DNA of 64,000 bases from Takakia lepidozioides (taxonomy: Eukaryota; Plantae; Bryophyta): positions 83,948,001 to 84,012,000 of the forward strand of contig CM060731.1 in assembly GCA_030704615.1 (NCBI GenBank), given 5' to 3'. Under the pieces are notes generated by a model that made no database searches, was not told the DNA's origin, and worked only from the letters and a program-made list of their open reading frames with translations. Below, one piece after another: positions 46,601 to 59,016 of this stretch (its first letter is position 1; each line of letters starts with the position of its first letter). The position numbers and the translations under genes are program-made.

Positions 46601-49010
46601 TTTGGAACACCCTTTTGAGGTGCTCCAGGTGCTCCTCCTTTGTTTTCGAGTACACCAAGATGTCGTCGATGTACACGATCACAAAGTCATCCAACCACTC
46701 CTGGAAAAGGCTGTTCATCAGCGTGCTTAATGTCGCTGGTGCATTGGTGAGCCCAAAAGGCATCACCAAGAACTCATATGAACCATACCTTGTCCTGCAC
46801 GCGGTCTTCTCCTCATCTCCTTCCGCCACCCTGAATTTGGTGATAGCCGGAGCGCAAGTCGATCCGGCTGAAATACTTTGCTCCTGCCAACCAATCGAAG
46901 AGGTCGTCGATCCTTGGCAAAGGGTACCAGTTTTTGATAGTCACCTTATTCAGAGCCCTGTAATCGACACACATCCGCAGCGTCCCATCCTTCTTGTCTG
47001 CAAATAGCACCGGGGCTCCGTAAGGTGACTTACTCGGCCGGATGTACCCCTTTGACATTAGATCCTTGAGCTGAGTCTTCAGCTCGACCAACTCTCTGTG
47101 GCTCAACCGGTAGGGCGCCTTGGCAGGCGGTTCCGATCCCGGTATCACCTCGATCTTGTGGTCAACTCCTCTTCGCGGTGGCAAGCCGCTTGGTAAATCC
47201 TCCGGCATCACATCCTGGTATTTCTCCAAAATCCCCTTGATCCAATCTGGGCTCGGCTCCCCATCGCCTTCTCCTTTCACTTCTCTAATGTAAAGCAAAA
47301 ACTGGGACTCGTGTGCCTCCTCCACGACCCACTCTTTTGCTGACAGAAGGTTTATTCGCCCTCCCACGGATTTGGGCGTTTCCGACACTCGTAAAACCTC
47401 GCCACCATTCCCACATGGCAGCGTGATTACTCTCTTGCGGCCATCTATGACCGCTCCGGATTTGCTCAAAAAGGTCATCCCCAAAATGAGATCCACTCCA
47501 TCGATCTCGCCGATGGTGAAGTTCTCACGTCCCTCCCAACTCCCCAGTTGAAGAGGAACATCAAACGCCAACCTAGTCGCCAACTGAGGTTCTCCTTTGG
47601 CAGAGCGCACCTCAATAGAGGCCCCCACGTCACTTGTCGGGAGTCCCAACTTTCGCGCCGCCGCCGGCGTCATGAAGGAGTGCGACGCTCCTGTGTCCAC
47701 CAACAACGACACGTTAGTTCCGGATATTATCCCATCCACGAACAATAACTGACTCCCTTTTCGTAAGGCGCCAGTTTCCTGATACAACTCACAAGAAAAT
47801 TTGCCTACCTTGCAAGTCCTGGCGACCACCGCTTCCACCAAGCGACTGATCGTATCTTCCGACAGCTCCGTGGTCGCCCAAGTCATGTTCAATTGCCGGG
47901 GCTTCGTGCACTTCTTGGCCATGTGCCGGGGCTCCCCGCAATTGAAACACACTCCATCAAAGGTCGCCTTCTGTCCGCCATAAGCCGCTCCACCCGCTTT
48001 TCCTTTCGGAGCACCGGGTGCCGCCTTGACGTGTGAAGGCCCTCCCTTCGATTTCCACGTGCCATTTTTGCCGCGTGGCCTATCCCACTTCTTTTCCGGT
48101 CGGAAGGAGTCACCTTCCCGCCGAATCTTCTTGTGGTTCAGCTCCGTACGGCCTTGTCTTTCACCCCTAGGGACATCCGAGAAACATTCAGCCCTCTCAA
48201 TCGCCTCGTTCAAAGTCTTGGGTGGCTTCTCCTCCAACTTCCGCCTGGCCCATGGGGCCAGTCCCGCCACAAAGTTGAAGACCATTTCTGGTTCTGCCAT
48301 GTCCGCGACTTCGAGCAACAGCACATTGAAAGCCTGGACATATCCCCGAATGTCATCTGTTTGCTTCAAATTCCTCATCTTGTCCCGGGCAAGCCAGGAT
48401 GCGTTGAGGGGCACAAACTGTCTCTTCATCAATTCCTTGAACCCACTCCAGTTCAAGGTTTCCGGGCTTGGGCCTCGTTCGTGAAGGCATTTCTGCCACC
48501 ATTGTTGAGCATAGCCCCTCAAATAGGTGGGAGCCATTTCCACCCGATCCTCGTCACTCAACTTGGCCGCCCGGAAGTACTGCTCTAGCTCCAGGAGCCA
48601 GGTGTTGAGTGCCTTCTGATTTCAAACGTCCTCGAAGGTGCCGGGTTCCTTAGGCTTCACCTTAAACTTTGCCTTAGTGGAAGTGGCATTAGCCGCCTTC
48701 AACACGTCTTTCAACGTCCCGCCAAACTGCGCCAACAACCCTTCCCAAAAGGCTGCCGGCATGGGAGGCATCTCTTGGTTTGTCGGAGCTCTCAAGGATT
48801 CCTCGGGCTCCGACTCCTCGGATTCCTCCCGCTCTTGGGCGGCCTCGTTTTCGGAAACATGCATCGCTTCCTCAAACGGCCGCCTCGGTGACACGCCGCC
48901 CCCATCGGGCTCACCGGGATCATCATCTTTTGGGCCGTTTCGCTTTTGCTTCGGCTTGCCCGACCCCATGATGAGGCCAACCCCAAGGACGATCGCGTAC
49001 TGAACTCTAA

Positions 49011-49022
49011 GCTCTGATACCA
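49011..49022 (-). promoter_or_regulatory. Primer binding site, tRNA-iMet
   Basis: TGGTATCAGAGC 2 nt after the LTR. A second copy is at 49957-49968. Confidence 0.95.
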
Positions 49023-49024
49023 AG

Positions 49025-49752
49025 TGTCGCGCACCTCACTTCGGTAAGCTCCCCTTCAAGTCATAGTTACTCGCTTTGATGCGCGCGCCTGACTCCCAAC
49101 CCTGGCCGCCCGGGCCAACTTGGAGCTTGGCTGCTCATCGGGACATAACGGTCCCCCTTCACTACCCTCTCGACCCTCCACCTATTTGGGACTAGGAGAA
49201 TTCCCTTTGGTAGATGGCAGTCCGGAACAGCTCCCCACTCTTTGGTCGCTTTTCGGCTCGCTCGCTTACTCACTAGTTTTTGGTCACCAACGGGCTTGCA
49301 CCGTTCTCGGGGTTACTACTCCCTATATATACTTCTGTAGCTGTCCGCGGGGGTTTCACAACCAGCCATGCCATTTTATGGCGAACCACCACGAAGACCC
49401 TCGATTCCCGGTGGTGAGTCGCGGTGAGTCTTGGCCCGCTCATCACGGCCCCTATGGACCGTGATGAGTCCCAAGACTCCCCACGACTCCCACCACGAGG
49501 TCTCCGCCCCCATGGTGAGTCCTATGCCACCCCCACTAAGTCCCACTAAGCTACCACCACCCCTTGTGGAGCCACCCCCACCGCAACCCGGTGTGCGGGG
49601 CTCCACCTAGTGAGCGCCTCCGCTTCCCTGAGTGCCTTGGGCACTCAAGGGTGCTTCAGCCCCCCCCATACCTATCGCTGCCGCTGCCCCCACCACAGGG
49701 GCAGCCCCTCATGTGTCCCGACCCCCTGCCCTCAAGGCAAAGGGCCGCGACA
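49025..49752 (-). repeat. LTR (728 bp) of chromovirus copy A
   Basis: TGTCGCG...CGCGACA termini and TATATATA box. Homologous to 49971-50668 and 52123-52849. Confidence 0.95.
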
Positions 49753-49850
49753 CATTCTTCCTGGCAGGAAGTGTAGGCCCTACATGTTTCGACCTGGATC
49801 CTAGAATCCTGCACATAACAATCACCAACGAGACCAATGAGAACCACAGT

Positions 49851-50668
49851 CTGGGCTCACCAGGGTCATCATCTTTTGGGCCGTTCCGCTTTCGCTTTGG
49901 CTTGCCCGACCCCATGATGAGGCCAACCCCAAGGACGATCGCGTACTGAACTCTAAGCTCTGATACCAAGTGTCGCGCACCTCACTTCGGTAAGCTCCCC
50001 TTCAAGTCATAGTTACTCGCTTTGATGCGTGCGCCTGACTCCCAACCCGGCCGCCCGGGCCGACTTGGAGCTTTGGCTGCTCACCGGGACATAACGGTCC
50101 CCCTTCACTACCCTGTCGACCCTCCACCTATTTGGGACTAGGAGAATTCCCTTTGGTAGATGGCAGTCCGGAACAGCTCCCCACTCTTTGGTCGCTTTTC
50201 GGCTCGCTCGCTTACTCACTAGTTTTTGGTCACCAACGGGCTTGCACCGTTCTCGGGGTTACTACTCCCTATATATACTTCTGTAGCTGTCCGCGGGGGT
50301 TTCACAACCAGCCATGCCATTTTATGGCGAACCACCACGAAGACCCTCGATTCCCGGTGGTGAGTCGCGGTGAGTCTTGGCCCGCTCATCACGGCCCCTA
50401 TGGACCGTGATGAGTCCCAAGACTCCCCACGACTCCCACCACGAGGTCTCCACCCCCACGGTGAGTCCTATGCCACCCCCACTAAGTCCCACTAAGCTAC
50501 CACCACCCCTTGTGGAGCCACCCCCACCGCAACCCGATGTGCGGGGCTCCACCTAGTGAGCGCCTCCGCTTTTCAGCCCCCCCATACCTATCGTTGCTGC
50601 TGCCCCCACCACAGGGGCAGCCCCTCATGTGTCCCGACCCCCTGCCCTCAAGGCAAAGGGCCGCGACA
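49851..50668 (-). mobile_element. Chromovirus copy B: 5' LTR (49971-50668), PBS and first ~100 bp of gag
   Basis: Near-identical to 48905-49752 apart from a ~30 bp deletion in the LTR. Confidence 0.93.
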
Positions 50669-52849
50669 GCGAGCGTTTGTTGAAGCTCGCAAAGTACAAC
50701 ATTGCCAAAGCTAGGAAACGGTATGAAAGGCAGGCGAATCGGAAGCGAAGGGAAGTGAAGTTTGAGGCAGGCACGGAGGTCTGGTTGAACATCAAGAATT
50801 TCCGACTACCTCCGGAAGTGAGTCCAAAGTTCGTACCTTCGTATGCGGGACCCTTTTGCATCCGGAAGGTTACGAATGAGGATGTGTATGAATTGGAGCT
50901 GCCGGCAAACAGCAAGGTGCATCCAGTATTCCACATCTCCCTTTTGAAGCCTTACTTCAAAGATGAAGCGCGTCCGAATCGGCATCAAGTGTTGCGTCCG
51001 CCACCTGTGCTGTTGGATCATGAAAATGAACCTGAGTACGAGGTGGAGGCAATACTTAAGTCGAGGAGGTTCAAGAATCGAGAAACGGAGTATCTCGTCA
51101 AATGGAAGGGCTATCATCATGTGGAGGCATCTTGGGTACGTGCCTCAGAAATGGGAAACGCATCCGAGGCGGTTGCAGTTTTCGAAGGACGACCTCAAAA
51201 GTGGAAGAAGCGTTGATGGGGACATCAACCTTGGAGCGTGGGGGAGGAAATGCATGCTTAGCCCGGCTTAGCTAGCTTAGGAATCCGATTGCAAAAACTT
51301 GTATTGTACAAAAATTTGTTATAAAGGAAATGGGTTCCAAATGTTGTGCGTCCTATTTTGTTTGGAATGGTGATGCATGGTGTGGTTGGCTAGTGTGTAG
51401 AATGCATGCTAGCTTACAAAAGTGGGAGAGGTAAATTGGGTTAATCGTGTGTTTGTGCAGTGCCGAAATCGGGTGACTCCCATCCAAGGGGCAAGGAAAC
51501 TTGCGCCTTCTTTAGGAGTTCACGTGCTAGTGCGCACCTGGCGCGCGCGCATACTATAACTGCGCTACCGAGGGGGTTGCTTTGTAGTGCGGGCTAACGC
51601 GGAAGCTACGTGCTTCCATTCACGTACTATAATCGTGTAGCCTCGGGACGAAGTCGTAGTGCGGCTTCGGCGTGTTCCCGTACCTCAGGCGAGCATTCCA
51701 AGGCGGACCCAATTGTAGTGATTGGGGCGCGCGGTTGGTTCAAGGTTATCTTCCTAGTCAAAGAGGGTTCGGGGTGAACCCTTGCTCAAGGTGATGCCAA
51801 AAGCGGCATCATGAGCGGTCGCAAGCAATGTTGTTGCAGTAAGGCGACTCGATCCTCGGGGAGGATCGTTCCTTGGCCTTGAAGTAGGCCAAGAAGAATG
51901 CACTGGGAGGAGCTTGAGAGGCTCCACCCTTGGCCGGGACTTGGAGGAAGTCGGCCGAACTAGCTAGTGGAGAGTAGAGTCAAGTGTGGGGTTTGGTTTT
52001 TTGCCATGGGACGCCATGGTACGGAAACAAACTCCTTGATGTGGGACGCCACAACTTGGATGTTCGTTTCCACAAAAGGGACAAACCGATGAGGACATCG
52101 ATTCCCTGTTGGTAGGGGTGTGTGTCGCAGCCCTTTGCGTTGAGGGCAGGGGGTCGGGACACAAGAGGGGCTGCCCCTGTGGTGGGGGCAGTGGCAGCGA
52201 TAGGTATGGGGGGGCTGAAGCACCCTTGAGTGCCCAAGGCACTCAAGGAGGCAGAAGCGCTCACTAGGTGGAGCCCTGCACACCGGGTTGCGGTGGGGGT
52301 GGCTCCACAAGAGTTGGTGGTAGCTTAGCGGGACTTAGTGGGGGTGGCATAGGACTCACCCTGGGGCGGAGACCTCGTGGTGGGAGTCGTGGGGAGTCTT
52401 GGGACTCATCACGGTCCATAGGGGCCGAGGTGGGTGGGCCAAGACTCACCGCGACTCATCACCGGGAGTCGAGGGTGTTCGTGGTGGTTCGCCATTAAAT
52501 GGCATGGTTGTTTGTGAAACCCCCGCGGACAGCTACAGAAGTATATATAGGGAGTAGTAACCCCGAGAACGGTGCAAGCCCGTTGGTGACCAAAAACTAG
52601 TGAGTAAGCGAGCGAGCTGGAAAGCGACCAAAGAGTGGGGAGCTGTTCCGGACTGCCAACTACCAAAGGGAATTCCGCTGGTTCCGAATCGTTGGAGGGT
52701 TCTTTGGGAGATCAAAGGGGGACCGTTATGCCCCGGTGAGCAGCCGGAGCTCCAAGTTGGCCCGGCGGCCAGGTTGGGAGTTAGGCGCGCGCATCAAGCG
52801 AGTAACCACCTAATAGAGGGGAGAGCTTACCGAAGTGAGGTGCGCGACA
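50669..52849 (+). mobile_element. Chromovirus copy C: integrase C-terminus, chromodomain, ~900 bp 3' UTR, PPT and 3' LTR (52123-52849)
   Basis: 50669-51892 is the reverse complement of 43733-44954. GGTAGGGG precedes the TGTCGC...GCGACA LTR. Confidence 0.95.
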
Positions 52850-53855
52850 CTCTCCCCCCGAGACAACTTCATCTGAACGGCCTCAGATGGAAATTCCGTG
52901 CCGTTTTTCCATCCGAGGGAGGTTCTCTGTCGAGCAGGTGTCGTCCTCTCCCCACAAGACAACTTCATCCGAACGGCCTTGGATGGAAATTCGGCGCCGT
53001 TTTTCCATCCGATGGATATTCTCTGTCGGCCAGGTGTCGGCCTCTCCCCCCGAGACAACTTCATCCGACGGGCCTCGTATGGAAACTCGGCGCCGTTTTG
53101 CTATCCGGGGGATATTCTTTGTAGGCCAGGTGTCGGCCTCTCCCCCCGAGACCACTTCATCTGAACGGCCTCATTGGAGATTCGGCGCCATTTTTCCATC
53201 CGAGGGATGTTCTCTGTCGGCCAGGTGTCGGCCTCTCCCCGCGTCCATCCGAGGGATGTTTTCTGTCGGCCAGGTGTCGGCCTTTCCCCCCGAGACAACT
53301 TCATCCGATCGGCCTCATTGGAGATTCGGCGCCATTTTTCCATCCGAGGGATGTTCTCTGCCGACCAGGTATCGGCCTCTTCCCCGAGACGACTTCATCC
53401 GACGGGCCTCGTGTTGAAATTCGGCGCCATTTTTTCATCTATGGGATGTTCTATGTCGGCCAGGTGTCGGCCTCTCCCCCCGAGACAACTTCATCCTAAC
53501 GGCCTCTGATGGAAATTCGGCGCCGTTTTTCCATCCGAGGGATGTTCTCTGTCGGCCAGGTGTCGGCCTGTCCCCCTGAGACGACTTCATCGGACGGGCC
53601 TCGTATGGAAATTCGGCGCCGTTTTGCCATCCGGGGGATATTCTCTGTAGGCCAGGTGTCGGCCTCTCCCCCCGAGACAACTTCATCCGAACGGCCTCAT
53701 TGGAGATTCGGCGCCGTTTTTCCATCCGAGGGATGTTCTCTGTCGGCCAGGTGTCGGCCTCTCCCCCCGAGACGACTTCATCCGACGGGCCTCGTATGGA
53801 AATTCGGCGTCATTTTTCCATCCGTGGGATGTTCTCTGTCGGCCAGGTGTCGTCA
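52850..53855. repeat. ~95-96 bp tandem array (~10-11 units) carrying AAATTCGGCGCCG sites; 5' subterminal array of the MULE-like element
   Basis: Unit CCCCCCGAGACAACTTCATCCGAACGGCCTC...GGAAATTCGGCGCCGTTTTTCCATCCGAGGGATGTTCTCTGTCGGCCAGGTGTCGGCCT. Confidence 0.92.
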
Positions 53856-53929
53856 CCCTCCGATTTGACGCCATGTCGAATTAAATTCTGCCCCTCATTC
53901 CTGGGTACGGCTATATTAAATGTTGATCT

Positions 53930-54402
53930 TTTTCTTTGCCACTTGCCCACACATGGATAGGAAACATGACGGTCATCCTTGGTGCGTCACCAAAACCACC
54001 AGCATGAAGATGCTCGATGGTGTGCGGGTGCGCTACGTTGTTTGTGCGGGCGCGTTGCGGTGTTTCTCCCCAACTTGCTTCCACTTTAAATCCAGAGGTC
54101 ACAGGATCGAGATGGATTGGACAGACACAGCTCATCAACCATTTTGAGCTCAGGAGAAGGTTCCAAACTCCACATTTAAGTGTGCACATTGCAAAGAACC
54201 ACCACATTGCATGTCTGTTTACAATGCCAAGTAGTTATATGTGTTGCACCGTTTCCCTGACCTCACACGAGCTTGCATACACGTTGGTTCCCATTGTCAC
54301 AAATTGACGAGGGGTAACTCGCGGGAGGCTGCCCACGAGGCAGAGCAACTCGTTCAGGAGGAGGTTAAGTTGAGACCTGGTGCCATACCCAAACAGATAC
54401 TG
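53930..54402 (+). pseudogene. MULE-like transposase, N-terminal Cys/His-rich part
   Basis: HDGHPW..T...RYVVCAGALRC..PTC, CAHCKEPPHC and TRACIHVGSHCH..EEVKLRPGAIPKQIL. Continues across the inversion into 58167 on the minus strand. Confidence 0.7.
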
Positions 54403-55476
54403 ATGTCCATCGGGTTGGTTAGTAGGTGGCCATGCCGGTGTTTGAGACAGTCGATGGGTGGGTTGAGGACAGGGTTAAAGATGGCTTTGTGAGCCTTTTT
54501 GGGGTGGTCGTGTAGCAATTGGTTAAAGAGGAAACAATTTTTTTGTGGTTGGCAGTAGCTTTTTGTTTGGTGATACTGTAGGCGGCTTTCTTAGTATCTC
54601 TTCCAATTTTGGATAGAGCAGCTATCCAGTCAGGAATATTGTGGGGGTTGTCAGGTGGGGGCATAAGTGTTTGACATATTGTTAGGGTATTTAGGCAGGT
54701 GATACGGGGATCCGTTGTGACCCAGTTATTCCGTGGGTGTATGGAGGTAGTGGTGGGTATAATAGTGAGGGCGCGTCTGATCGTGTGGTAGGTGTTAAGA
54801 TGTGATGTCCATGTACGTTTCTGTGTACGAGTAAGGTAGCCACCATTTTATTTTGAGCGTGTAGTTTGGGGGATCTCGTGGGGGGCAAAGCAGGTGGCAA
54901 CGACGCATTGGTCTTGAATTTGATCCGAGCTTTGTCAGCCTAATTGCACTAGGTTTGCCTCTGTGAGTATGTCTGAGAGCTTTAGCATAAGCTAGGAGGA
55001 TGTTGGTTGGAAGTGTTTTAGAAAGGTGGCTATGTTACGTTGGGGGAGTGGGGATAAGATTCTAGATTGAGGTGGTGTGATATGTATGGGTGGTATAGGT
55101 CTAAAGGGGATAAGGGATGGTGGGAAGGTTACAGAGATAGGGTAGTGATCTGAGCTGCATAAGCTATTGATGTGTACATGACTGTTAAGGTACGTTGGAA
55201 TCTCATTTTGTGTTTTGAGGTAGAAACCGTCAAGAAGGCTTAAGGAGTAGTAGTTGAGTCCACCTTGTCTAGAGTAGTGGTGGTCGGCGGGTATGTAACG
55301 GAGAATGGTGTGATTGAGTAAATTTTGCCCATTCATGGTCTACTGAGGATGGAGATTTATGTATACCATATGTGTTGCCCATGAGGGCAATGTCCCTGTT
55401 GAAATCGTCTGCTAGGATGTAGTGTTGAGAATGGGTCGAGGGTTGGGTTAGTGTGTTGGAGATGGTGAGTAAGATA
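54403..55476 (-). mobile_element. LINE fragment (APE C-half to pre-RT)
   Basis: DFNRDIAL, LDGFYL, SDHYPI, and WIAALSKIGRDTKKAAY...HLLTNPMDI. Confidence 0.88.
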
Positions 55477-55630
55477 CACTACAAGAGGAATTGGTTTTTG
55501 TCACACCATTGGGGGGTCACACTTTGCACAATCCACGGATTATATGACACGTGTGTGGACTAAAGAAAAGTGTGGCAGAACCGGGCCGAATGTGTCACAC
55601 CTTTGATGGCTTAAGTCACACCTAAATAGT
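55477..55630. mobile_element. Single CACTA terminus with TCACAC subterminal repeats
   Basis: CACTACAAGAGGAA at 55477, exactly where LINE homology stops. No partner end seen. Confidence 0.7.
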
Positions 55631-56502
55631 CAACGGGTGGAAACTTAGGGTTGATCCCTATATAATATCCAAGTTGGCAACATGAAAAATAAAAACAACG
55701 TTGCATGGCATAAATTGATTCGTTCAATTGCGTGGCCTACTGTCATAAGTGTGAATTGTGTGCAATGGTGTGGCAAATGCCTGGCAAGCCAGGTTCTGAA
55801 ATGTCTGACTTAGCGTCTTACTCCCAAAAGATGATGATGCATGGCATGAGTTCCTATGTGCGGTGTGCAGCCACTTTGGCGGACGTAGAGCTTAGGATTA
55901 GGGTTGCGGGGCATTCAACCGGGACTTAGTTTTTTTTTGGCGCTTTCTTTGTCCCCTGTGCCATCTGGGCGTAAGTATGATGAGAGGATGTGTTTGCATC
56001 ATCTGCAGAAAGAAAGCTGTAAGAGTCTGGCATGTGTAGGTTTGTCTTGGAGGTCTTTGAGTGGAAGTTTTCAACCGAATCCCACTTTGAATGACTCTTG
56101 TATTTCGTGTATGCGGTCTTGTACGTGTTTGATACCGGAGTGCTAGGGTTTCTTGGTGGACAGTAGGTCATGCCGAGAGCGCCTATGGAGGGAATGGCAC
56201 CTTTCAAGAGGAAGTGGAGAAATAAGGGTGCGACCAAGGGATACAGGAAGAAGATAAAGATTCCGCAAGGAGGCCACGTTACAAGACCTTACGATCCTCC
56301 ACGATTGCGGGACCTACAGCGCCAAAACCGGTTGAAGACAAGGAAGTTCTTTCGAAGAGGAGAAAGAGCGTCCCAAGAGCACCTTTTTGTGACAGCTTTT
56401 TCCTGATGAGAGTTCGCTGATCCGGGGTTTGGCGTCGCTTGTGTCTCCCGCTACTCCTGCTTTTCTTGCAACTCATGCCTTTTTTGCTGCACCTCATGAT
56501 AG

Positions 56503-58167
56503 GGGAGGTTAGCTAGTTCATGAGCATGAGCGGCATGAGCGGAGTAGCAAGACAATCGGTTTTCATGAGCAGAAGTACAAATTTTGGAAATTAAAAACAT
56601 TAAAAAACATTATTTTTAATGGAATGTGTCAAGGAAAAAAAAAAAACCAATATAATATTCATTGTTTGAAGTAAAAATTGTAGTTTTGAGAGCCGTGCTC
56701 ATGATATTTTGTCTTCCGCTCATGCGAATTCCGAGCGACATCTGCAAAAATGGCGCCGAATTTTGCGGTAATAGGTTCCGCAACCGGAGAAATTTGCGAC
56801 GTATTTCGCGGTAATAGGTGTCTCCGGCGAAAAATTGTGCCGAATTTCGCGGCTATAGGTCCTTACATGGCAAGTGTGTAAGCCCAAAATTTGGAAATGT
56901 GGCGCCGAATTTCGGTACATGGTGCCAGGGATTGCACAGATGTTGGGCAGTTCTTGGGCCATGTAACTGGAGATTCGGTGCCATTTTTTCAGACATCGGA
57001 CTTGCGGTGCTCGACGAGACCTCCTCAGGCAACATCGCGGGACCACGAGGGAGCGTGCAAATATTCTTGTCAGCTCGCCATGAATCCTCTTCTCCGCCAG
57101 GTGCCTCGTCAAGTCTTCGTCTCACTGGACGGGTGTGAACATCTCCTTCCAAGTGTTGGCCACTTCGAAGCAATGGCGTGTCCCGAAGGCCCTCTCGCAA
57201 GGCTGCCGCCCACTTGCGAGGATTCTTCGATCTGGAGGCAGTCCGCATCAGCATTTCCTGCCTGTCCGGCCCCAAGCCCCACTGTTTCCCTTTCAAGAAC
57301 TCGTTGTACCTGCATTGCTGCATAATTGACCTCACAATGTCCTCCGTTGTGGCAGTGAGGATGTCCACCAGATGCGCCGGAGAGGAGGCACGCCAGGAAG
57401 AATGTACTGATTCGGCCATGTTTGTTGTCGGCGTGTCGGTGTCGGAGTCGAGACACATTTCCTGCACATGCACATGTTCAGGTTACAAGCAAATTACAAA
57501 TAATGAGTAGCTAGCATAATATTCAATGGGACGCAAATTCGTCCAACTCACCTCCCACATATAGTCGCCCCGAACTGGAGGAAACGATAATGCCACCATG
57601 CTAGCCAACTGACCATTGCTCCCTCGTCTGATTTCTTTACAGCACCTGACGTTGTCCACCAAGCCCGTATACATGCAAACTGTGTCTCTGCATCATCCCA
57701 GGTGGGAGCACACTTCCACGCAAGACACACGGAACGGTGCTGGTGTCGTAGACATGTGCACCCATTGTTACCCACTGATGATTTGTAATTCGCTTGATAT
57801 GGTCAAACATGACCCAACTATTTGACAAGTCCCCAGTCGTCATCCGGTAGACCAGTTCGACGCCACTGCCAGGCCCACACGTTGACAATTTGAATACGAA
57901 ACAGCGATCTGCCTCAGTCCCTTGTCCTGGAAATCTACTTCCATGAATGTAGTCATATCCACATCGTCGCTTCACCTCCAGAATGGAGTGCATATCCGAG
58001 CCACGCCCACTTCTCTGTTTGCAGGAGACAATGTGGTTTCGGACATTCGGTGAACAGACGTGGAACATCGACTCCAGCAATGCCTCTATTTCCTTCTCAT
58101 CGCGAGGAACTCTGTCGGAGCTGTCTTCCGACATAATTCTAGCCAATGCCATCTTATGGGCGGCCTG
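56503..58167 (-). mobile_element. MULE-like transposase remainder (core partly deleted) and CATGAG-rich terminus at 56503
   Basis: FPGQG..FVFKLS..GPGSGVELV.RM, VMFDHIKR..W.TMGAHVYD, IRAWW.SG..WLAWWHYR and PTTNMAESVH. Likely intron ~57470-57555. The end reads GGGAGGTTAGCTAGTTCATGAG. Confidence 0.72.
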
Positions 58168-59016
58168 CAGAAATATGGTCACAAACATCCTCAACCTACA
58201 CACCCATAGTTACAAACTGCTTACATCCCAATCTCCACACTGCCAATTGCATGTGTAAAGCTAAACACTACCCATGGCATGATATAGACAGTTTCTCAAT
58301 AGACAACAGGGGATCCCCCACAGATTGCATTATAGACCTATTCACAATTGACCTCTACAAATCATGTCTTAAAGAACTATCTAAATCTATAGCCCCAGGC
58401 CCTGATCTTATACCAAATGCCATACTTCAAGCATTGGACCCTCAACTTCATCACCTCCTCTTCAATTTTTTCCAACTACAACGAATACCACACTCATGGA
58501 CACATAGCCGTACCGACAACCAAGTTGTAGCCCAGTGGTAATGGGCACATACCACCTCGGAAGTGGTTGTGGGTTCAATCCACCCTCGGTGTCACAAAGG
58601 TGTCCACCTTCCTAGCGGAAGGCAGTAGCCCTTTGGGGTGAAGTGACTCCATAAATTACGCTTCCTTCGGGAGGCGTCATACTTTTTTTTAGCCGTATCA
58701 TTTTGCTCTTAAAAAAAGGCGACCCTACGGATCTCAGTAATTACAGACCCATAGCATTGGCCAACACCATATACAAGTTATTCACCAGCACGCTCACCAC
58801 AATGCTCTCAAACTATGGCGAACAACACCAAATTCTCAGTGACCCCCAAGAAGGAATCCATGCTACACGCAGTAGAACACGACAAATGCCGTATGTTCTA
58901 TCCGCCCTCGAAGACGCTAAACTTACAAAGCAAGATATATATCTTCTATATACTGACTTTAAAAATGCATTCGGCTCCCTAGATCAGCTATCATGCTTGA
59001 CCTTGGGTACCCCACT
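58168..59016 (+). mobile_element. LINE fragment (pre-RT and RT N-terminus), continuation of 54403-55476
   Basis: APGPDLIPN, KKGDPTDLSNYRPIALAN, QEG and DFKNAF. Confidence 0.92.
58513..58689 (+). mobile_element. tRNA-derived SINE (copy 2) with poly-T tail
   Basis: A box TAGCCCAGTGG, B box GGTTCAATCC and T tail. TSD TAGCCGTA at 58505-58512 and 58690-58697. Removal restores the LINE frame HSWTHSRIILLLKKGDP. Confidence 0.92.

Larger units (their letters stand above)
43733..49752 (-). mobile_element. Chromovirus Ty3/Gypsy (Galadriel-like), copy A: 5' LTR to truncated 3' UTR
   Basis: LTR, PBS, gag (in-frame TGA at 48622-48624, [18 protein letters not shown]), [21 protein letters not shown], and chromodomain EYEVEAIL...EYLVKWKGY..EASW. 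Frameshifts near 46830 and 46600. Confidence 0.95.

Noticed and set aside
48622-48624. Stop-codon readthrough in chromovirus gag
   Set aside because: The TGA sits early in gag where an Arg is expected, consistent with CGA>TGA deamination. The copy also has other disablements.
51520-51730. Iron-responsive elements or hammerhead ribozyme
   Set aside because: The loops are UAGUG rather than CAGUGN with a bulged C, and no CUGANGA/GAAA core was seen in the right geometry.
49851-52849. Single autointegration product
   Set aside because: LTR C differs visibly from LTR B (e.g. 52670-52720), and the reciprocal junction after 52849 is absent. Nested insertion is preferred.
52600-53960. Many overlapping short ORFs in the tandem arrays (also 61157-63288) and antisense ORFs over gag/pol
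   Set aside because: They are by-products of GC-rich repeats or shadows of the real frame on the opposite strand.
58513-58689. Functional tRNA gene
   Set aside because: It has no complete cloverleaf, and it has an unrelated body, T tail and TSD, so it is a SINE.
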